DNA of 10,802 bases, taken from Candidatus Eiseniibacteriota bacterium. GTDB lineage: Bacteria; Eisenbacteria; RBG-16-71-46; DASYSL01. A model generated the notes under the pieces. The model had not been told where the DNA came from. It saw only the letters and a list, made by a program, of their open reading frames with translations, and did no database searches. Below, in pieces: positions 1 through 9,300 of the stretch. The stretch's first letter is position 1; the number at the start of each line of letters is the position of its first letter. Position numbers and translations under genes: made by a program. The stretch spans positions 1 through 10,802 of the forward strand of contig JBKJJJ010000062.1 in assembly GCA_046598045.1 (NCBI GenBank), in the 5' to 3' direction.

Positions 1-1
1 G

Positions 2-265
2 GATGACGCGCTCGCCGCCAGCGACCGCGCGCTGGCGAAGGCCTACGGTCCGCGCAAGCTGCGCACGTTCCAGGCGCGCTCGGACGCGTTTGCCGGCAAG
101 GGCGACCTCGCGGCCGCGCGCCGGACGATGGACGAGGCGATCGCCTACGCGACCAAGCTGCCGAGCGGACAGGCGTCGGAGGCGACCATGGCCTCGCTCA
201 CCAAGAAGCGCGACGGCATCGTCGTCACGCCCCAGCCGACGGCGAACTCGGGCTCCGCCAAGTAA
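2..265 (+). CDS. 3' end of a gene encoding an alpha-helical, TPR-like C-terminus (possibly a thioredoxin-fold/TPR protein); partial, not in the supplied ORF track
   Basis: Frame +2 is open from the window edge to TAA at 263-265: DDALAASDRALAKAYGPRKLRTFQARSDAFAGKGDLAAARRTMDEAIAYATKLPSGQASEATMASLTKKRDG...GSAK*. Third codon positions are strongly G/C, the helical pattern is TPR-like (ALAASDRAL; GDLAAARRTMDEAI), and a terminator hairpin follows. The thioredoxin link is recollection only. Confidence 0.75.
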   Translation, partial: DDALAASDRALAKAYGPRKLRTFQARSDAFAGKGDLAAARRTMDEAIAYATKLPSGQASEATMASLTKKRDGIVVTPQPTANSGSAK

Positions 266-278
266 GCTCGCGAATCTG

Positions 279-323
279 AAGACGGGCCGCCCGCACGAGA
301 ACGGGCGGCCCGTTTTACATTTT
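279..323. terminator. Intrinsic terminator between convergent genes, probably bidirectional
   Basis: Perfect 12-bp stem ACGGGCCGCCCG (282-293) / CGGGCGGCCCGT (302-313) with an 8-nt loop. It is followed by TTTACATTTT on the + strand and by CTTC on the - strand. It sits between the TAA at 263-265 (+) and the TAA at 322-324 (-). Confidence 0.85.
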
Positions 324-3300
324 AACGATGCTTGGTCACCGACTTCCGCCTGGCGGGCGCGCGGCGCCTTGCCGGCTGCTCGACCTGCAGGTCCCCGGTC
401 TGCTTGCGCGCCGCGATCGAAGCTCCGTTCTGGTCGAAGTACTTGAAGTCGACGCGCCGGTTGAGCGCCAGGTCGCGCACGTCCTGCTCGGCGTTGAGCA
501 GGTTCTCCTTGCCCGCAAACGTGGCCGTGATCCGGCCCGCTTCGACCCCGGCCGCGACCAGACCCACCTCCACCGCGTCGGCTCGCCGCTTGGACAGCGC
601 GAGGTTGTACTCGACGGAGCCGCGCGAGTCGGTGTGCCCCTCGAGCTCGACGCGCACGTTCGGGTATTTGACCAGCACGGCGGCGATCCGCGAGATCACC
701 GAACGCGAGGTCGGGCTCAGGTCGTTGCGGTTCAAGGCGAAGTGGATGCCGCTCGGGATCTCCGAGAGCGCTTCCTCAATCTCCGCATTGGGCGAGATCG
801 GGCCCGCGCCCGGCGTCTCGGGCGGCGCCTCGACCGGCACCGGCTTGATGCAGTCCTCCGCCTTGAGTCGCGCGGCCTCCGCCAGGCGCTTCGCCTGGTC
901 GAGATGGGGCTGGGTCTTGCACTCGCCCGACTCCTGCGCCGCCCACGCGAGTTCGACCTCGAGTTGCGCGACCTCTTCCTCGGCGCAATGGAAGCCGGGG
1001 TGGGAATGTAGCTCCGCCGCGTTTGCCAGGAGGGCAGCCCCGCGGCCGTTCCCGCCTTTGAGCGTGGCGCCCGACGCGAGATCGATCGCGGCAGAATCCG
1101 AGGCGCTGAGCGCGCGCCCGAGCGCGACCGCGATCGCCAGCGCGTGTCCGGCATCGCCCGTGCGGTCGTTGCTGGTGTAGCGTTCGCGCGCGAAATCAAG
1201 CCACGCCCGCGCCTTGGCCCGGCCGTATCGTCCGACCGAGTCGGGCAGCGCGTCGATGCGCGCGCGCCAGCTGTCGATCGTGCGCAGGTCGCCGGCGATT
1301 GCCTCGTCGCTCATGGGTTCGAGCGCACCTGAGAGCGCGTCGCGGGGCACGGCCACGATCGCGCCGCGCTGGACGTCCACGCCCGCCGCCGCGGCGGGGG
1401 CGGGATCGGCAGCGGGCTTCGAGCCGCCGAACAGGCCCTCATCGAACTTGAAGCCGAAGGCCAGGAACGGTCCCTTGTCTGTCCGCTCGATCGACCCGAA
1501 GTCCGGGTCGTGGAAGCCGAACGCGTTGTACCCGCCCGAGAGCCGCAGGTTCTTCATCAACACAAAGCCGACCTCGGCGCCCAAGCCGTCGGTCCGCCGC
1601 TCGAATGAGCCGTCGAAGCGCGAGCGCGCCGACAGCGCGACGTCGAGGCGCTGTGACAGGTCGTAGAGCGCGCGCAGCGATGCGAGCGCGCCGCGGCCGT
1701 CGAGCGTGCGGCCCTGTGCCTCGTCGAACGCCCACTTGCTGGCCACGCGGCCCGTGAACGTCAGCGGGCGTGACGCTTTGAGGTTCAGCCGGGTCGACGC
1801 CAGCCAGACTTCGTGCCGGCTCAGGAATCCGGGATCGAGCTCCTGGTCGTCGAGGCGGTGCTCGATGCGGCCGAGCGCGTTCCAGCGGTTGACGTCGGTC
1901 TCGCGCACGGCGATTGCGATTTCGTCGCGGGCCACCGTCCGTCTCAAGCCCGGCGACCAGCTCCAGGTCGAGCGCAAGAGCCCCGTCCAGTCGGGCCCGA
2001 GCTTGCGTGCCAGGCCGGCCGAGGCAAGCCACTGGTCCTCGCTCAGCGCGGTGCGGTATTCGAGACGCAGCGAACCCTTGGTCAAGGGATCACCCGTCCA
2101 CTCAAGGCCGCTGGCGAGGGCGGTCACTCCCGGGCCGCTCAAAGGCGAGACGCGCTCGGCCGCCAGCACGAGGCGGACCGAGCGCGAGATGCGCAGCCGA
2201 TCCCTGAGCCCGATCGCCGCCTCGGCGTTCCGGCCCGCGAACGCGTCGCGGATCCGGTACTCGCTGAACGCGGACAGGTCGTCCTTGCCGTCGGCGGCGA
2301 AGCCGAGCACGGTCGTGTTGTAGGCCTGGATGTCGTTCATCGCATAGGGACCGGCGGCGCTGTTCAGGAATTCGTGGCGGCCGTAGGCGCGCACGTGGTC
2401 GGTCACGCGCAGGTCGGCGCCGAGCTCGAGCCGCTTGGAGGAACCGTGCCCGAGGTTCTTCTCGTACTCGAGGTAGGCGCTGGCCCGCTTGTCGAACTGC
2501 GCGGCGAGGCGCGCGCGGGCGGCGTCGGTCTCGTTGGGCGTCGGCACGGCGGGACCTCCGCCTGCCGGGATCAGGCTCTCGCGGCCGTGGCGATAGCCGA
2601 GTCCGAATGTCACGGTGCCTGAAAGCCGGCGATCGATCGCCAGCGAGGCTCCGGTTCGGCGGCCGCCGGTCACCAGGTCCTGGGTGCGGACCGCCTCGGC
2701 CGCGATCGAGGTGCGGCGATCGAGCGCGTAGCGCCCGGCGCCGCCGAACTCCCTGCGGCCCGCCGCGTATCCGGACGACGGATTGTCGAAGCCCGCGTCG
2801 GTGCGCACGCCGAAACCGCGCAGGTCGAGCTTGCGCGAAGCATGGCGGATCTCGCCGCGGAACGCGTTCGCGGTCAGCATGCCCGCGCTGTCGGTGTGGG
2901 CCCATTCGCCGGTGGCGAACGTCCGGGGGAGGAGCTCGACCGTCGCGCCGGCGCCGAACTGCTCGTGCTGCTTGAGCGGATCATCCTCACGCACGTACGA
3001 GCCCATCAGCTCGACGCGCCGGACTGGCCGCACGTGCGCGCTGCCGCCGACCGTCCAGAAGCGGTCGCCGCCGCCCTCGACCTCGTAGGACACGCGGATC
3101 GATACCGGATTCAGGCGCTCGTCGAGGCTCGCGACCGGGGCGCGGAAGAGGAGGCGCCCGGTGAACGGCTCGATCGTGTAGTCGGCGAAGCGCACCAGCG
3201 TCCTGCGCTCGAGAATCACTGATGGCTGGTTGCGGTCGCGCGTGACAATTTCGACGCGCTCGCTATTGAGCACCCCATCCCTGCGCGACAGCGGATAAGG

Positions 3301-6300
3301 GCCCGAGATGCCGCGGCCCGGCAACTCGTCGATCACCTGGCGGTCGCGGTCGTGGGTGGCGAACGCGTCGAGTGCGGCCTTTTCTTGCTCGAGGTGCGCG
3401 CGACCGCCGTTGATCCCGCGGGTGTAGGCGCCGAGCACGCGGATCGGGTCGAGCCCGCCGGTCATGAAGTCGCCGAAGAGCGCGTAGGAGCGGCCCTTGT
3501 CGATGCGGCCGTAGAGCCGCTCGGTCGACTGTGCCTCGAAGCCCTGGATCGACGCGTCGCCGAACACGGGGTCGCCCTCGTCGGGCCTGATGTCGTCGAA
3601 GCGCCGGCGGCCGTGTGCGTGCTCGGAGTCGAAGCGGAACGTCGCCAGCGCGCCCTTGCCGATCGACCCGCGCGCGAACATCGCGCCGCGCGCGCCGAGA
3701 CGGGACGTGCCGTCGTCGTTCGACCACGAGACAGTGCCGAACGCGTCCTCGAAGCGGTCGCGCAGCTGGCCGGGAGCGAGCTCGAGTTCGCGGGTCGAGC
3801 GACCATCGTAGCGGCCTTCGATCGTGCCCGAGATCAGCCACGGCTGCGCGGCCGGCACGAACACCAGCGCCGCCTCGGCCTCGCGTACGCCCGTCAGGCC
3901 GTCGAGCGTGACGGGGCCCCTGCGGTCGGTGACCTGCGTCACCCGCACGGTCGCCGCGCCCGGAGAAGGCGGGGAGACGAGCAGGAACGTGGCCTGGCGC
4001 GTGACGCGAGTCTGGATGCCGTCGATACCCTGATCCTGGTCGGCAACCTGCCACGTCCCCAGGTCCGCGTCGAGCGTGACCAGGACTGGTTCCATGCCCG
4101 GCACCCGCACCGTCACCGGCACGAGCGTCCGTCCGTCCGCCGGCGCGGGCCGACGCGGGACGGAGATCTCGAGCGCGTCCGGGGTCCGTGGGGCGTGGCC
4201 GAGCAGGAGGCCCGGGGTTCCGGGCGCATCCGGCACTCGCGAGTTCGCGGCGTCGAGCGAGCGCCTGGGTTCGAGATGGAAGTAGGCGCCATCGTCGCTC
4301 TCAGGCGCGGGCTCACCGGCCCAGGGCGCACCGTCGAGCACGCGCGTCGCGCCTGGCTCGACGTTTGCCGCCAGCGTCGGCTGCCCGGTCATGATGGCCG
4401 CGCGCACTTCGCCCAGCTCGCGGCGGGCCTTGAGCTCGGCGGTGAACGTGGGGTCGCATCCTGCGACCGCGAAGTCGGCGCGCGCGAGCTCTCCGTTCTT
4501 CATGTCGGCGAACTTGCTGCCGGGGTCGAGCGCATCGCGCGTCTCGAACGCCACCAGGCGCGCGCCACGGGGTAGCGTCGAGCGGTCGAGCTTGACCGTG
4601 TGCAGGCGCGGGGCGACGGCCTCGAAGTGGTACTTGCCGTCGACGTCGGTGATCGACGAGCGGCCGTCCTCGAGGTAGATGCGCACGCCGGGGACGCCGA
4701 GTTCCTCCGCCCCCTGCGTCCGGTTGCTGTCGCAGTCGCAGTCCGCCCACACCTTGCCGGCGATCACGCCCTCGTCCGAGAACACGCCGCCCTCGACCTG
4801 GACGCGCGCCCTTGCGAGGTTCGAGCGGATGCCGAGGCCGGCGTTCTCCGCCAGCGCGCGGTTGGTACCATCGCCCAACACCGCGGCCGTACCGACGAAC
4901 GCGCGATAGCGCAGCGTGAGCGCGCCGCTTGCCGGCACGGTGCCGATCGCGAACGTGAGCGCGGCGCCTGGCGCGCCGGCCGGATCGACGACCGAGGTGC
5001 CGTTGATCGACGCGGTGCCGGAGGCGAATCGGAAGCCGACCGGCAAAGTGTCCCGCACCACGACGAAGGGCAGCGGCGAGATGCTCAGATTTCGTACCAC
5101 AAGGGTGTAATTGACGATGTCCGCCGGCTCGACCCGCGTCGGGCTCGCGCGCTTCTCGAGCGCGAGCACCGCCGAGGCGGCGAGCGCGGGCGCGGGCGCG
5201 GCCAGGTCGCTGCCCCGGTCGTTGCCCGGGTTGAGATCGCCCGCGACCTTGACCTCGGCCGCGTTCATGACCGAGGGGTACGCCGCTGCGCCAACGCTGA
5301 CCGTGAGCACGAACGTGGCGCTGTCGCCGGCCGCGATCGGACCCGCAGTGGTCGCGGTCACGACTCCGGCGGCGAAGCTGGTCGACCAACCCGCGCCCGC
5401 GGCGGCGACGAAGCCGAGGCTCGCCGGCAGGGTGTCGCGCACGGTGATGGTGCCAGCCGTCGCCGCCGTGCCGAGGTTCTGCACCGCGATCTGGTACTGG
5501 CCATTCGTGCCGACCGTCAGGGTGCCGAGGTGGCGCTTGAACAACGCCAGGTCGGGCGAGCCGAGGAGGGCGGTCGGGTCGGTGGCGCGGTCGTTCGCGG
5601 CGTTGCCGTCGCCGGGCGTCGCGGCGATGGCGACGTTGATCACCGCGGGCAGGGCGGCCGCGCCCACCGCGACATCGAGCGTGAAGCCGAGCGTGTCGGC
5701 TGGTGCGAGCGGGCCGGCATGCGTCGCCGTGACCAGACTGCCGGAGGTCACAAAGCTCCAGCCGGCTCCGGCGCCAGCGATCAGCGTGAGGCCGCTCGGG
5801 AGGCTGTCGACGACGGTGATGGTCCCGGTCGTCGGCGCAGTTCCTGCGTTCGTGACCACCACCTTGTACCTGCCCATCGCGCCGACCGTGAACGCGCCGA
5901 CATGGCTCTTCGCCAGCGCAAGGTCGGGAGCGGCCGCGGCCGCGTTGACCGTGGTCGGATCAACCGCGCGGTCGTTCCCGGGGCCGACGTCCCCAGGCGT
6001 CGAGGCGACGGCCGCGTTCGTCACCCCAGGCACCGCGGCGGCCGAGACCAGGACATCGATCGTGAACAGGTCACTGGCGGCGGCCGCGATCGGGCCCGCG
6101 CTGGTCGCAGTCACGACGCCGCCGGCCTCGACGATCGTCCAGCCAGGGCCGGCGCCGGTGACGAACGACAGCCCGGCCGGCAGCGTGTCGCGCACGGTGA
6201 TCGTGCCCGAGGTTGGCAGTGAACCGTCGTTGAACACGGTCAGGGCGTACTGCCCGACCTGGCCCTCGGTGAAGCTTCCGGCATGCGACTTGGCGAGCCT

Positions 6301-9300
6301 CAGGTCGGGCGCGCCGTTCACCGGCGTCAGGGTCGAGCTCGAGTCATTGCCCGCGCTCGCGTCCCCGACCGTTGAACCAATCGCCAGATTGCCGATCGAC
6401 GGCGCGGCCATGGGCAAGACCAGGAGGGCGAGCGACACGGCCGCGCTGTCGCCGGCCGCGATCGCACCCGCGTGGACCGCGGTCACGACGCCAAGCGCCT
6501 CGTTCACGGTCCAGCCGGTGCCCGCGCCCGAGACGAACGAGAACCCGCTTGCGAGCGCGTCGGTGATCGTGATCGTACCCGTCGTCGGGCCGGTTCCAAT
6601 GTTGGTCACCGTGAGCGAGTAGCTCGCGCCGCCTCCGACGGTGAACGGCGCGCCGAGCGCGCGCTTGACCATCTGGAGGTCCGGCGCAGCAGCCAGGGGC
6701 AGCACCAGGGTCGGATCGAGCGCGCGGTCGTTGCCGCCGTTGACGTCGCCCGCGGCCGATACCACCGCGGCGTTGGTCACGCCCGGCACTGCCGGGGCGG
6801 CGACGGCGACGTCGATGGTGAAGGCGGCGCTGTCGCCGGGGGCAATTGCGCCAGGGTGGGTGGCGGTCACGATGCCGCCCGCCTCGTTGACGATCCAGCC
6901 CGCTCCGGCGCCGGACACGAACGCCAGGCCCGCGGGCAGCGTGTCGAGCACGGTAACCGAGCCGGTCGTCGCCTCCGAGCCCTCGCTGTAGAGCGTCAGC
7001 TTGTACTGGCCCGGCTGCCCGACCGTGAAGTCGCCCGCGTGGGTCTTGACGAGGCGGACGTCCGGCGCACTGCTCACCGGGGTCGTGGTGCGGCTCGAGT
7101 CGTTGCCCGCGCTCGCATCGTCGAGGTTCGCTGCGATCGCCAGGTTGCCGACCGCCGGGAACGCAGCCGCGCCGACCTGGACCATCATGGTGACGACGGC
7201 ACTGTCACCTGCGGCCAGCGAACCGGCGTGAATCGCGCTCACGATGCCGAGCGCTTCGTTCACGCTCCAGCCCGCCCCCGAGCCGCCGACGTAGGAGAGT
7301 CCCGCGGCGAGCGCGTCGGTCATGGTGATCGGATTCGACGTTGGGCCCGAGCCCACGTTGGTGACGGTGAGCGAGTAGCTCGCGAGGGCGCCGACGGTGA
7401 ACGGAGCGGCAAGTGCGCGCTTGACCATCTGCAGCTCGGGCGCGAGCACCGGCGCCGGCAGCACGACCGTGGGATCGAGGCCGCGGTCGTTGCCGCCGTT
7501 GACGTCGCCGGTCGCTGCAGCAACCGCGGCGTTGGTCACCCCCGGGAATGCGGCCGCCGCGACCGCGACGTCGATCGTGAAGGAGACGCTGTCGCCGGGC
7601 GCCAGCGCCGCCGCGAACGTGCCCGTGACGATGCCGCCCGCCTCGATCACGCTGAAGCCTGCGCCCGCGCCCGAGACGAATGTCAGCCCTGCCGGCAGCG
7701 TGTCGAGAACGGTGATGGTGCCGCCCGTGGGCTCTGAACCGTCGTTATAGAGCGTCACGACATACCGGCCCGGCTGGCCGACCGTGAAGTCGCCGGCGTG
7801 GGTCTTGGCGAGGCGCACGTCCGGCGCGCTGGTGACCGCGGTCGCGGTGCGGCTCGAGTCGTTCAGGGCGCTGCCGTCGCCCGGGCTGGCGGCGATGGCC
7901 AGGTTATCGACGGAGGGGAATGCGGCGGCGGAGACCCGGAGGTTGATCGTCACGGCTGCGCTGTCGCCGGCCGCGAGGGCGCTCGCGAAGCTCGCCGTGA
8001 TCGTGCCCAGAGCCTCGTTGACGATCCAGCCGGGGCCCGCCCCGGTGAGGAATAAGAGGCCGGGCGCGAGCGAGTCCGTGAGCGTGATCGGCGAGGTCGT
8101 CGCGTCCGAGCCCACGTTGGTGACTGTCAGCGCATACGTCGCCGTGCCGCCGACGGTGAAGGGCGCGCCCAGCGCGCGCTTGACCATCTGGAGGTCCGGG
8201 ATGCCGAAGACGCGCGTCGAGTCGGCGCCCCTGTCGTTGCCAGGGCCGACATCCCCCGGTGTGGAGGCGAACGCGGTGTTGATGACGAACGGTACCGCGG
8301 CTCCTGAAACCGCGACGTTGAGCGTGAAGGACGCGCTGTCGCCCGCTGCGAGCGCTGTGGCATAGGTGCCCGTCACGATGCCGCCCGCCTCGGTGACCGC
8401 CCAGCCCGCGCCGCTGCCTGAGACATAGGACAGCCCGGCCGGCAGCGTGTCGAGCACCGTGATCGTGCCCGTCGTTGGCAGCGAGCCGTCGTTGGAGACC
8501 GTGAGCGTGTACTGCGCGGGCTGCCCGACAGTGAAGTCACCCGCGTGGCGTTTGGACATCCGGAGATCAGGCGCGCCGCCAACCAGCGTGGCGACTGAAC
8601 TGGTGTCGTTGGCGGCGTTGCCGTCGCCGAACACGGAGCTCCGCGCTGCATTGACAATGCCAGGAACGGCGGATGCGCCGATTCGGACCTGCACCACCAC
8701 CTGCGCGCTGTCGGGAACCGCCAGGCTCGCCGTGCGAGTCGCGGTGACGATCCCGCCCGACTCGCTCACGCTCCAGCCGGCGCCGCCACCCGCCACGAAC
8801 GTGACGCCGGCGGGCAGCGTGTCGACCACGGTGATCGTCCCCAGGGTCGACTGCGTGCCGAGGTTCGTCAGCGTCAGCGTGTAGGTTGCGATCTCGCCCA
8901 CGAGGAACGTCGCCGCCGATGCCCGCTTGACCAGCTCAAGGTCGGGCGTGGGCGGGATCGCGACCGTCGTGGTGGCGGCGGCGTCATTGTTTCCCGGCAC
9001 GTAGTCGACGATCGGGCTGACGGCATGCGCGCGATTGACCAGCGTCTGCGGGCCTCCCGTCGTGACCGTGATGGTGATGGTGGCGGTCGAGTCAGCCGGG
9101 AAGTCGCCCAGCGCCGCGCTCACGATGCCCGAAGCTTCGTTGACCGTGCCGCGCGACGTCACGGCGGAGACGAACGTGGCGCCCAAGGGCAGCGTGTCGA
9201 GCACGCTGACCGAGAACGCAGTATCGGGTCCGGCTGCGCGCACGAACAGCGTGTAGGTCAGCGTGTCGCCGGGCGCGATCGGGTCCGGGGCGTCGCCCTT

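Noticed and set aside
3..446. 147 aa + strand ORF from the ORF track
   Set aside because: Arg/Pro/Ser-rich off-frame translation that runs through the terminator and into the giant gene. The real coding frame is 2..265.
322..1446. T1SS RTX repeats, T9SS C-terminal domain, sortase LPxTG or PEP-CTERM export/anchor signals
   Set aside because: No GGxGxD nonapeptides, no CTD-like terminal domain and no C-terminal transmembrane helix. The C-terminus is an OmpA-like domain.
5170..8946. Recurrent 25-30 nt DNA repeats as a CRISPR array, or as a diversity-generating retroelement template/variable pair
   Set aside because: Spacing is about 375 or 760 nt and in frame with the protein repeats. Differences are spread across all bases rather than adenine-specific, and no cas or reverse transcriptase gene is in the window.
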